DNA of 28,968 nt. It comes from Octopus sinensis (lineage: Eukaryota). How positions within the stretch are numbered: the first letter of the stretch is position 1; each line of letters opens with the position of its first letter. A program made the translations under genes and the position numbers. Of the stretch, positions 10,414 through 21,444 are shown in pieces. The DNA lies in NCBI RefSeq assembly GCF_006345805.1, contig NW_021836942.1:1-28968 (forward strand). The letters run 5' to 3'. The notes beneath the pieces are model-generated. The model was not told the origin of the DNA. It worked only from the letters and a program-made list of their open reading frames with translations, and did not search any database.

Positions 10414-11135
10414 GTATATATATGTATATATATCTATATAGATATATATATATGTATATAATATGTAGATATATATATATATATATATATGTATGTTATA
10501 TATATATATAATATGTATATATATATATATATATAATATAAACTCATACGTACACACATACATATCAGTATACATATATAAATATGGTCATGCGTGTGTG
10601 TTTTTGTGTGTATGTGCGTGAGTATGTATATATGCGTGTATGTATGGATGTACACGTGCGTGCGTGTCTGTGAATGCATGCATGTATGTATGTACGTACG
10701 TACGTACGTACGTATGTATGTATGTATGTATGTATGTATGTATTATGTATGTATGTATGTATGTATGTATGTATGTCAGTATGTATGTATGTACGTACGT
10801 ATGTATTTATGTATGTATGTATGTATGTCAGTATGTATGTATGTACGTACGTATGTATTTATGTATGTAGTATTATGTATGTATGTATGTACGTATGTAT
10901 GTATGTATGCATATGTAATGTCTGTACGTATATGTATTTATGTATGTTGTATGTACGTACGTATGCTGATATTTATTCCTGTACTGTATGTATGTATTAT
11001 GTATGTATTATTTATGTATGTATGTATGTAAATATGTATGTTTGATTTAGGTATGTAATGTATATATGCAGGTATGTATGAATGCATGTGTGTACGACAC
11101 ATGTACGTTCGTACATGTACGTATGAATGTATAAA

Positions 11136-11177
<42 letters not shown>

Positions 11178-11265
11178 ATATATATATATATGTTGTGTGA
11201 TATGCCTATATGTATGATGTATGTATGTAATGCGTACGTACGTAAGTATGTATGTATATATGTAT
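10290..11265. repeat. Compound (TA)n/(TATG)n/(TACG)n microsatellite
   Basis: Direct inspection. Confidence 0.95.
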
Positions 11266-11439
11266 GCTATAGCAACTAGAATTACACATACAAATAAGTT
11301 TTAGTAAAGACTCCCTTGTCTAGCTGCCTGGATATGTGAAGAATACAGTTATTTAAACGAGGCTAAGTGTACAAATCTTTTAAGTTTACGTGTACTCGGT
11401 TTGTAATCCACGCGGACACAAGCATTCGAATACTGAACT

Positions 11440-11830
11440 GAGCTAAGACGTTTGCTTCCCAACCACATGGTTCCGTGTTCAGTACCACTGCGTGGCACCT
11501 TGGGCAAAGTGTCTTCTACTATTACCTCGGGCCGACCGAAACCTTGTGATTGGATTTGGTAGACGGAAACTGAAAGAAGCCCATCGTATATATGTATGTG
11601 TGTGTATATATGTTTGTGTGTCTGTGTTTGTCCCCCCACCCAACATCGCTTGACAACCGATACTGGTGTGTTTACGTTCACGTAACTTAGCGGTTCGGCA
11701 AAAGATACCGATAGAAGAAGTATTAGGCTTACAAAAAGAATAAATCCTGGGGTCGATTTGCTCGACTAAAAGGCGGTGCTCCAGCATGGCCGCAGTCAAA
11801 TGACTGAAACAAGTAAAAGAATAAAAGATA
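11440..11830 (+). mobile_element. SINE family A (5' end degenerate)
   Basis: Matches the family A consensus from AACCACATGGTTCC through the tail. Confidence 0.88.
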
Positions 11831-11850
11831 TTTTCCAACAGGTGTATTTT

Positions 11851-12023
11851 CTTTTACTTGTTTCAGTCATTTGACTGCGGCCATGCTGGAGCATCGCCTT
11901 TAGCCGAACAAATCGACCCCAGCCTAGTTTATTCTATTGGTCACTTTTGCCGACCGCTAAGTTACGGGGACGTAAACATACCAACATCGATTGCCAAGCG
12001 ATGGTGGCGGGACAAACACACCC

Positions 12024-12074
<51 letters not shown>

Positions 12075-12134
12075 ATATATATAATATATATATATTATAT
12101 ATGTATATTTATTATATATATATATTATATAATA

Positions 12135-12183
<49 letters not shown>

Positions 12184-12356
12184 TATATATATATACGACA
12201 GGCTTCTTTCAGTTTCCGTCCACCAACTCCATTCACAAGGCTTTGATCTGACCCGAAACTATAGTAGAAGACACTCGCCCAGGTTGCCACGCAGTGGGAC
12301 TGAACCCGGAACCACGTGTTGAGAAGTCAGCCTCTTACCACACACCCACTCCTGCG
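11851..12356 (-). mobile_element. SINE family A with expanded internal (TA)n
   Basis: Reverse complement of family A; lies tail-to-tail with the 11440-11830 copy. Confidence 0.88.
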
Positions 12357-12661
12357 GTGATAATATATTCGTATAATGATAATATATTCAATATTCTCAT
12401 TTCTTTTTTTTTTGTCGGTAACATATCGACAAACACGTACACACATAATTATATATTTTTTTATGTGTGTGTTAGTGCACAGCGGTTAGACTTTGTTCAC
12501 TCTTTAAGGATACCTGTACGATTCTATTTTACTCTCTCTCTCACTCTCTCTCTCTCTTTATTTAATAGATATATAATATATATATATATATATATAGATA
12601 TATATATATAATATATATAATATATTATTATATAGATATATATATATATATATCTATTATG

Positions 12662-12867
12662 ATCTTTGAGCACCCCAGCAAAAATATTTTTTCCTCTGTC
12701 TCCCTTCGGGGATCTTTCCTTCTCCTTGTTCCGACGAAGACCTCCGCTCGAAACGTTAAACCCTCCTTCCCTCTTCCTGAGCGTCAATAATACTTTAATT
12801 GTTCCACGTCCTCGCGTTGCTGTGTTTTTTTCTCTTTTTTTCTGTGTTTTTACTTGTTTGGATTAAC
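12662..12867 (+). mobile_element. Penelope-like terminal fragment (family D), copy 2
   Basis: Homolog of 5011-5218; the hammerhead core is mutated (CCGACGA, mismatched stem II). Confidence 0.6.
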
Positions 12868-12984
12868 TATATATATATATATATATATATATGCGTATGT
12901 GTAGTTTATATTGGCACGCGGGCGTTCGAGTGCATATGTATGTATTCTTCTATTTTTAACTCTGGAATTTTCATATAAAGAAGG

Positions 12985-13295
12985 GAAGGTGCGTGGATCA
13001 GTGGTTAGAGCATTCGGCTCGCGATCGTAAGGTCATGAGTTCGATTCCCGGCCGCCCGATTGTGTCCTCGAGCAAGACACTTTATTTCACGTTGCTCTAG
13101 TTCATTCAGCTGGCAGAAAATGAATGGTACCTCTATTTCAAAGGGCCAGCCTTGTCACACTCTGTGTCCCCGAGAACTACACTAAGGGCAGACGGGTCTG
13201 TGGAGTGCTCAGCCACCTGCACATTAATTTCGCGAACAGGCTGTTCCATTGGTCGGATCAACTGGAACCTTTTATTATCCTAGCCGACGGAGTAC
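12985..13295 (+). mobile_element. SINE family B (core + tail 1)
   Basis: Homolog of 4043-4375; 13-bp TSD CATATAA(A/G)GAAGG at 12972-12984 and 13296-13308. Confidence 0.87.
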
Positions 13296-13446
13296 CATAT
13301 AAGGAAGGAATTGGTCTCAATTAAAGACACAAATTCCCATTGCTAGAAGAACAGTGAACATAAGAAAAGACTTGCATACTTTTACTGCCCCGCACAGAAA
13401 TTGTATTATTGCAGAGTGTATGTATGTATAGACGTATGTATACAAA

Positions 13447-13570
13447 CAGGCGCATAGCCTAGTGGTTAGAGCCTTCCACTCACGCTTATAAGTTCTTGGG
13501 TTCAATTCCAGACAAGCGTTGTAGAGTTAAGCAAGGCTCTTCATTTCATATTGCTCTCGTTTGCTCAACT
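13447..13570 (+). mobile_element. Old degenerate tRNA-derived SINE head
   Basis: GGCGCATAGCCTAGTGGTTAGAGC...GGGTTCAATTCC resembles A and B boxes. Confidence 0.55.
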
Positions 13571-13739
13571 CTACATAGAACCAAGGTCAGATTTAACCCT
13601 AGCGGTCCGACTCTCACATCCTGGTTACTCTGTTTTCCATATATCTACATATACATACAATATACATACAAATTCACGTATTTGCATACAAGAAATATAG
13701 GCAGAGCATACCCAGGAAATCTTGTATCAAGTTCATATA

Positions 13740-13917
13740 CAACATACATAACATAGTTATTATATACATATATGGCTATATATACGTATACAAATATAAA
13801 TATATATAAATATACATATAAATATACACTCACACACACACACACATATATATATAGACATATTTATTTATTTATGTATATATGTACATATATATACACA
13901 CACATACATAGTTATAA

Positions 13918-13950
<33 letters not shown>

Positions 13951-13995
13951 TGTGTGTGTGTTGTGTGGTGTGTGTGTGTATGTGTTTATGAGTGG

Positions 13996-14036
<41 letters not shown>

Positions 14037-14345
14037 TATATATATAGATTATATTTATATATGTATATTATATATATATATTATAAAATATATTATATGT
14101 ATATATATAATATATATATATATACATACATATACTATACATATTCATATATATAATATATTATATTATTACATATGCATATACTATATATATATAGATA
14201 TACATGCATACACATAGATACAATACATATGAGATACATATTATATATATATATATATATATATAATATAAATGTATATATAAACAGAGGGGGAGGGGAG
14301 GAAAGAGAGAGCGAGACAGACAGACAGACAAACAGACAGAGACGC
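13740..14345. repeat. (TA)n-rich microsatellite tract ending in (GA)/(GACA) repeats
   Basis: Direct inspection. Confidence 0.92.
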
Positions 14346-14808
14346 AGACAAGCAATATGTAGTTTCTCAATCCGCCTCAGAACAAACTTCGCATTAGAAT
14401 TCCACCCTTCGCAGGCGAACACTCTTGCTATTGTTGTTAAGACATGAGTCATTAAACACTACGCAATGTCTGTTTGGTTGCCAGTTGTTTACGTTGTTGG
14501 AAAATTCTTTAGGAAGTTGATTGGGCCGCTTACATTCCTATTCCTGCATCATGGGGAATGAAGAGCATAGGATGGTTATATAGTAAAATAGAATCTTGAC
14601 AAAATTGTTTTTCAATCACTTGAAATGCTTTTTAATTTTTTTAATTTTCATAAGATTTTTTTTTTTTTAAGATGTAGCTTTGTTGTAGTTTTGTTGTGGA
14701 TTCGCATGCTCATTACGAAAATTACATTTATTTCAAATTCTACCGAGGTCAGCGTGAAAGCATACTTCTTTTACTGCATTTGTTTAATACCTATTATGAT
14801 AGGTTTCG

Positions 14809-15580
14809 ACAAGGTGGCGAGCTGGCAGAATCGTTAACACGCCGGGCGAAATGCGTAGCCGTATCTCGTCTGCCGTTACATTCTGAGTTCAAATTCCGCC
14901 GAGGTCGACTTTGCCTTTCATCCTTTTGGGGTCGATCAAATAAGTACTAGTTACGCATTGGGGTCGATGTAATCGACTTAATCCCTTTGTCTGTCCTTGT
15001 TTGTCCCCACTATGTTAAGCCCCTTGTGGGCAATAAAGAAATAAGAAACGTTAGCATGCTGGGTGAAATGCTTAGTGGTACTTCGTCTGACTTTACGTTC
15101 TGAGTTCAAATTCTGCCGAGGTCGACTTTGCCATTCATCTTTTGGGGGTTGAGAAATTAAGTACCAGTTACGCACTGGGGTCGATGTAATCGACTGGCCT
15201 CTACCCAAAAGTTTCAGGCCTTGCGCCAAGAGTAGAAAAGAATCGTTACCACGCCGAGCAAAATGCTTAGCGGCATTTCGTCCGCCTTTATGTTCTGAAT
15301 TCAAATTCCGTCGAGGTCGACTTTGCCTTTCATCCTTTCGGGGTCGATAAGTTAAGTATCAGGGAAATACTGGGGTCGACGTAATCGACTTATCCCCTCC
15401 CCGAATTTGTTGACTTTGTGCCAAAATTTGAAATCAATATGATACACTTCGATTCACAGAATCGTTTGAGGGGAGTCAAAATAAATGCCTCGGGACTTCT
15501 AGCCAGTTCTTTACGTTATGAGTTCAAATTCTTCCAAGTCCATTTTCGTCTTCCATACTTCCGAGTTTGGTAAATTAAAG
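14809..15580 (+). mobile_element. Head-to-tail array of SINE family C units (3 full + 1 partial, ~200 bp period)
   Basis: GAGTTCAAATTC..CGAGGTCGACTTTGCC.TTCATC..TT.GGGGTCGA..GATGTAATCGACT recurs at about 14885, 15100, 15295 and 15520. Confidence 0.88.
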
Positions 15581-15584
15581 AACC

Positions 15585-15890
15585 TGTGAAGTAAAGAGTA
15601 AAAGGGTAAAGACTCCCTTCGGTCATGAATGACCATCGGATTACACCTAGACAGTTCCACTCCGAGGTACAAGTCCGGGCAAGGTTGTTTATAGGAGACC
15701 AGCAGTCGCCCTTGCATGCCAGCCTCTCCTCTCCATGCCACTGATGTTATCCAAGGGAAAAAAATAGAGGCCGATACAGCTTGGCACCAATGACGTCACA
15801 ACTCATTTCTACAGCTGAATGAAGTTGAGCAACGTGAAATAAAGTGTCTTGCTCACCGACGTTTTAACCGCTAAGTCATGCGCCTTCACC
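15585..15890 (-). mobile_element. SINE family B core with tail 2 (head partly deleted)
   Basis: Core GAGCAAGACACTTTATTTCACGTTGCTC..CAGCTG followed by a tail unrelated to that of 4043 and 12985. Confidence 0.75.
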
Positions 15891-15999
15891 ACCAGCGAAG
15901 TACAGCTATCGATTTCATCAGTACCAATGAAGTACTGCTATTGATTTCATCGGCTACACCCTTCTGACTAAAATATGTAGAAATCAGTACAATACTTAC

Positions 16000-16143
16000 C
16001 TATAATTGCGACTTTCAGGCTCTTCGATTCTCTTCCTAAGGAATTCTCTGCTGTGCATTTGACATTGACATTGCAATGGCTACACGGCATCGTCACATTT
16101 ATGGTACTACCATTCCCTAACCATGACCAAACGAACACATTTG
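16000..16143 (-). CDS. Ig-superfamily protein, exon c (C-terminal half of Ig2)
   Basis: Acceptor TTCTTTATATTTTCAG; donor GTAAGT at 15999; 144 nt, phase 1-1. Encodes (P)NVFVWSWLGNGSTINVTMPCSHCNVNVKCTAENSLGRESKSLKVAII; CTAENSLG is an F-G strand motif. Confidence 0.9.
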
Positions 16144-16189
16144 CTGAAAATATAAAGAATTCGAAAATTTGTTGATGAAAATTACTTAG

Positions 16190-16263
16190 GTGGTGGTGGT
16201 CGTCGTCGTCGTCGTCCGTAACGACAACGACCTCTACGACGACGACGAAGACGAAGCTGCAAC

Positions 16264-16308
<45 letters not shown>

Positions 16309-16435
16309 AGAAGAAGAAGAAGAAGAAGAAGAAGAAGAAGAAGAAGAAGAAGAACCAGGAGTAGGAGAATGAGAAGAAAATGATGATGATAGTGACGATG
16401 ATGATTTTGCTGAGGGTTACGTCATGATGATGACC
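16190..16435. repeat. Compound trinucleotide tract (GGT/CGT/CGA/GCA/GAA/GAT)
   Basis: Direct inspection; ends about 45 bp before the exon c acceptor in transcript direction. Confidence 0.93.
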
Positions 16436-16619
16436 GAGATAAGCCAATGAAGAGATTGGTGGTTCGAATATCACAATCGAGATTTCTGTACCCGTAGCCA
16501 AAATCACTAAACCTTTTTCGAGATTAGACATCCTCGTCTACCAAAGAATAACTGTATACCACACAACGACGTACCTCACTGAGGAATACGGAAGTAACAG
16601 TGTTCCTATAGTAGAAAGG

Positions 16620-16679
<60 letters not shown>

Positions 16680-17140
16680 GAGTGAGTGAGTGAGTGAGTG
16701 GGTGAGTGAGAGAGCAGTGCATGCCATCAAAGTGACACTGGGGTAAAATATACCCATCATGACTACCCATCATGACTATCCGTCTGATAAAGGTACACTA
16801 GGCACATGCATCACATCCATATGTGCGCGACGTGGTGATCTCATATCAAGATAAACAGCGCATGACCTCGCAGGTGGGGCCCAGTTAGAATTTTCTTCTG
16901 GTCGAGTAACCCATCCCGCTCAAGAGGTCCTTGAATAAAGGTTGTTTAAGGATGTTGAACGAAACACCCATGTTTCCAGAGGTGAATTATCCAAACCTCA
17001 AAGAATTCCTTTCAACACATGGCTATGATGCTCCCCCACTACTTCTGCTCATGATCAGGGACGCACATATCGTCAGCCACTAAGGGACATGCTCAACTGG
17101 TTAAGGTCAAACAACTGACAAGCAAATCTGTGGTATTGAG
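16620..17140 (-). mobile_element. Interspersed retroposon-like repeat (family E) with (AAT)n tail
   Basis: The 17000-17135 portion recurs at 24745-24895; (CACT)n and (AAT)n simple repeats lie at the presumed 3' end. Confidence 0.7.
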
Positions 17141-17161
17141 CAGAATAATAATAATTATTAT

Positions 17162-17214
<53 letters not shown>

Positions 17215-17702
17215 CCATCATCATTATTATAAGAAAATAACAGCTAAAAATCATGGTTGCCTTATCATGTTAACCTGTACAGTAATTAAGGATAAGATTG
17301 AAATTAGTTTATTTGTAATTTCTAAATTATGAATGAGAATGTAAGTCATGTAAAGCCGCGTTGCCTATCATTTAGGTGTTGCATTCACAGACTGGGTGGT
17401 ACGTTGTGTTCTTATTTTGTAAATAGGTTCACTTAGTTGTAAATAGTTGTCCACTTAGTTGTAAATAGGTTCCACCAATAGCTAGGAAGTTAACCCTGGG
17501 ACGGACCGGTTCCCGTTTTGATGGGGAGCGTTGTAATCTTATTTGTTATGAAAACCGAGTGATGCTCCGGCCTCACATACATAGATACATACATACATGT
17601 CTAGACATGCAACTATATAACATACAAATCTGCACATGCATATACATAAAACGAAACATACAATCTGCACATGATTCCAAATATGCACATACATACACAC
17701 CT

Positions 17703-18100
17703 AGGCGCAGGAGTGGCTGTGTGGTAAGTAGCTTGCTTACCAACCACATGGTTCTGGATTCAGTCCCACTGCGTGGCATCTTGGGCAAGTGTCTTCTACT
17801 ATAGCCTCGGGCCAACCAAAGCCTTGTGAGTGGATTTGGTAGACGGAAACTCAAAGAAGCATGTCGTATATATGTATATGTATATATGTGTGTGTGTGAA
17901 TGTTTGTGTGTATGTTTGTCCCCCAACATCGCTTGACAACCGACGCTGGTGTGTTTACGTCCCCGTAACTTAGCAGTTCGGCAAAAAGACCGATAGAATA
18001 AGTACTCGGCTTACAAAGAATAAGTCCTGGGGTCGATTTCCTCGACTAAAAGCAGTGCTCCAGTATGGCCACAGTCAAATTACTTAAACAAGTAAAAGAG
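17703..18100 (+). mobile_element. SINE family A, full length
   Basis: Runs from GGCGCAGGAGTGGCTGTGTGG to AAGTAAAAGAG. Confidence 0.92.
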
Positions 18101-18220
18101 TATATACTGGTATCTGTACACAGAAATTTATGGGTATGTATATGTATTTTTTCGCTTATATACTGTCGGTGTATCTCTACTGAGGAGTGTAAAGTAACCT
18201 TTATAAAAGAGTACGAAATC

Positions 18221-18462
18221 TTAACCCTTTCGTTACTGTATTTATTTTGAGATGCTCTGTGTCTCTTTCAATTATTTCAAATATAACAAAGAATTTAGTA
18301 AAATAACTTAGTTATCATTAACTTAGTGTTAGGAACATAAATTGCGACTAAGGCTTGGTGGAATATTTTAATTCAAAACTTATGAAAACAAGACATTTGT
18401 ACTACAGAGCTACCAAACCTTAGTTGCAATATACCACCAAACCTTAGTCGCAATTTATGTTC
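18221..18462. mobile_element. Truncated TTAA-CCC-start (piggyBac-like) non-autonomous element with an inverted duplication
   Basis: Begins TTAACCCTTTCGTTAC; has a 28/29 inverted repeat at 18333-18361 and 18434-18462; no matching right terminus seen. Confidence 0.45.
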
Positions 18463-18539
18463 ATCCGAAATTTTGTAAATCTTCTTGCTCATTACCTCGC
18501 ATTCGACCTTGGGTTATAAATAGAGAACAAATTTAGAGT

Positions 18540-18716
18540 GGATCGTAGGAATTTGACATCTACTTCTAGCTTATAGATGCTGGCATTCCAGCGCCCTTAA
18601 TTATGATTATATTTCTATAATTATATACTTAAAAATTAATTTTACCGATATGGTCGTTTCTTATACACTAACCACTGATATAATTATCTTAATGATTATA
18701 TCCTCAATTTATAAGT
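18540..18716. mobile_element. Half copy of a palindromic AT-rich MITE-like element (family M)
   Basis: Directly similar to 21195-21304 and reverse-complement similar to 20801-20895. Confidence 0.75.
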
Positions 18717-18778
18717 CTGAATGTACTCTTTATATATTCCATTATATATATATTCCATTAGGATATATATAATGGGAT

Positions 18779-19164
18779 AGTGGAGGCGCAATGGCCCAGT
18801 GGTTAGGGCAGCGGACTCGCGGTCATAGGATCGCGGTTTCGTTTCCCAGACCGGGCGTTGTGAGTGTTTATTGAGCGAAAACACCTAAAGCTCCACGAGG
18901 CTCTGGCAGGGGATGGTGGTGATCCCTGCTGTACTCTTTCGCCACAACTTTCTCTCACTCTTACTTCCTGTTTCTGTTGTACCTGTATTTCAAAGGGCCG
19001 GCCTTGTCACTCTCTGTGTCACGCTGAATATCCCCGAGAACTACGTTAAGGGTACACGTGTCTGTGGAGTGCTCAGCCACTTACACGTTAATTTCACGAG
19101 CAGGCTGTTCCGTTGATTCGGATCAACCGGAACCCTCCTCGTCGTAACCGACGGAGTGCTTCCC
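18779..19164 (+). mobile_element. Young SINE (family B head, alternative middle, tail 1)
   Basis: Nearly identical to 26177-26564; 12-bp TSD ATATAATGG(G/A)AT at 18767-18778 and 19165-19176. Confidence 0.92.
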
Positions 19165-19186
19165 ATATAATGGAATATATTCCACT

Positions 19187-19410
19187 GGAATGAAAGGAAA
19201 GGAGCGAAGGGTGATTGTGCGCAAGATGGGAGAGGCAGTAGAAAGAGCTTCTTACTGGTTGTGGAGTAAGAGAGAGGAGTTAAGCTGTACGCCAGGAGGA
19301 GATGAAGAGCGGTGATTTGGTCACCTCTGCTGGCCCATCAACGGGAGGGTGTTACGATTCAGGGTCGAAACACCCGATGATCGTTGGATACCGTCTGATG
19401 ACATTTGTTC
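19187..19410 (+). mobile_element. 3' end of a HERO-like (RLE-type) non-LTR retrotransposon
   Basis: Reads GMKGKERRVIVRKMGEAVERASYWLWSKR, like the EAAERASxWLWxKR C-terminal motif I associate with HERO elements, followed by GGGTGT..CGAAACACCCGATGA..CTGATGA. The family assignment is from recall. Confidence 0.62.
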
Positions 19411-19677
19411 CTCGTGGCCAAAGTTCCATTCACTGAAGTGAATGGAAAAAAACCCTCCTTTTTCTAAGTGTTATCAATATTTTCTGGCTTCTACAAATTT
19501 GTGTGATTCTTTTCACTTCTTACACAAGTGACTTCGAACTTATGACTCAAATAACAGCAGCGACACACAGCGAGAATTTGGGTGAAGTATGATGAAAGCT
19601 AGAAAAATTTCCCAATGATATCTGAACCCAACACCAAAATTCCACTAAATTTGTGAAGGAATGCAAAACTGCCTAAA

Positions 19678-19980
19678 GCAGGCGTGGCTGTGTGGTTAAG
19701 AAGCTTGCTTCCCAACCATGCGATCTCGGGTTCAGTCTCACTAAGGCAAGCGTCCTCAACTATAGTCCTGGACCAAAAAAAAAAAAAAGGCTTGTGAGTG
19801 GATTTGGTAGACGGAAAATTGAAAGAATATTGCCGTGTATGTATGTATGAAAAGGCTTGTGAGTGGATTTGGTAGACGGGAAATTGAAAGAATATTGCCG
19901 TGTATGTATGTATGAAAAGGCTTGTGAGTGGATTTGGTAGACGGGAAATTGAAAGAATATTGCCGTGTATGTATGTATGA
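19678..19980 (+). mobile_element. SINE family A head with a 65-bp segment triplicated
   Basis: GGCTTGTGAGTGG starts at 19789, 19854 and 19919. Confidence 0.85.
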
Positions 19981-20133
19981 CTGTATGATTGTGTCATTAT
20001 TCAGTTGTTATTTCAGGATGTTTTGTCAATAGAGAAGCATCCGGTTTCTAACCTAGATCCAAGTCTCCTTCACTGATATCTCAACAATATCAACAAAGTA
20101 CTTTTACATGTATATGCGTATATGTATCTTGAA

Positions 20134-20372
20134 TACTCTTTACTCTCTTTTACTCTTTTACTTGTTTCAGTCATTTGACTGCGGCCATGCTGGAGCACCA
20201 CCTTTAGTCGAGAAAATCGACCCCGAGACTTATTCTTAATAAGCCCAGTACTTATTCTATCGGTCTCTTTTGCATTACCGCTAAGTGACGGGGACGTAAA
20301 CACACCAGCATCGGTTGTCAAGCGATGCTAGGGGGACAAACACAGACACACAAACACATATACACACACGCG

Positions 20373-20412
<40 letters not shown>

Positions 20413-20538
20413 CGACGGGCATCTTTGAGTTTCCGTCTACCAAATCCACTCACAAGGCTTTGGTTGGCCCGAAGCTATAGTAGAAGACACCATGTGGTTC
20501 GTAAGGCAAGCTACTTACCACACAGCCACTCCTACGCC
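20134..20538 (-). mobile_element. SINE family A
   Basis: Reverse complement of the family A consensus. Confidence 0.9.
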
Positions 20539-20800
20539 TATATATACGTACATTTGAGGACAATGATGATGATGACGACAACGACGACGATGACGACGAT
20601 GAGACGGCGGTGAGACGATGATGATGACAACAACCACAATGATATCTAACTCTGCTTTTCATACTTTCTACATCGTAACTTAGAATTTAGTCGTGACTGA
20701 ATTCCAATTGGTACAGATACCAATATATACATTACATCTACTCGCCCATCTCGGCCATGTGGTTATTGTCAAAAATCAAGAGAACTCAAAAATTAGTTAT

Positions 20801-21304
20801 ACTTATAAATTGAGGAATGATTATATCAGTGGCTAGCTTATAAAAAACGACCATTTCGGTAAAAATTAATTTTTAAGTATATTGTTATAAAAATTAGTGG
20901 AGGCGCGTGGATTAGTGGTTAGGATGTCAGCATCATGATCGTAAGATTGTGGTTTCGATTCCTAGACCGGGCGACGCGTTGTGTTCTTGAGCAAAACACT
21001 TCATTTCACGTTGCTCCAATCCACTCAGCTGGCAAAAATGAGTAATGCTGCGATGTACTGGCGTCCTGTCCATCTGGGGAACACATACGCCATTGAAACC
21101 GGGGAAACGGGGCCCATGAGCCTGGCTAGGCTTTAAAAGGGTACATTTATTATTATTTTAATTATAAAAATATAATTTTGATTAAGGGCGCCGGATTGTA
21201 GGTATTTGACATCTACTTCTAGCGTATATGTACTGTCATTCCAGCGCCCTTAATTATAATTAATTATATTTTATAATTATATACTTAAAAATTCATTTTA
21301 CCGA
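20801..21304. mobile_element. Palindromic MITE-like element (family M) interrupted by a SINE
   Basis: Inverted arms CGGTAAAAATTAATTTTTAAGTATA..ATTAAGGGCGC and GCGCCCTTAAT..TATACTTAAAAATTCATTTTACCG. Confidence 0.75.
20896..21160 (+). mobile_element. SINE family B head + core with tail 3
   Basis: tRNA-like head and core, a distinct tail ending (ATT)n, and a probable 10-bp TSD TTATAAAAAT at 20885-20894 and 21162-21171. Confidence 0.82.
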
Positions 21305-21444
21305 TAGAGTATATTAAGTTTATCCCTGAGTATTAGCGATATTTAGTTTACCAATGTATACGAAAGGATGGAATCAAGGACTGCAATTCAATCATGACTA
21401 AATTCCAAGTCAGGATGTAGAGTTCGAAACCTAGAGTTACATAT

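Noticed and set aside
10372-14452. Many YI/CV/HT-rich ORFs here and throughout the window
   Set aside because: They are translations of (TA)n, (TG)n and (TATG)n microsatellites or of SINE bodies.
15968-16531. 187 aa ORF as a single coding unit
   Set aside because: Only 16143-16000 is bounded by splice sites; the rest is intronic simple repeat and family E sequence.
18779-18855. tRNA genes (also at 26177, 12985, 20896, 17703)
   Set aside because: tRNA-like heads run into SINE bodies with TSDs and lack a proper acceptor stem.
19522-19598. Possible extra minus-strand exon (TTTTTCTAG...GTAAG)
   Set aside because: The phase-1 frame has a stop, the open frame has no Ig character, and Ig2 is already complete with exons b and c.
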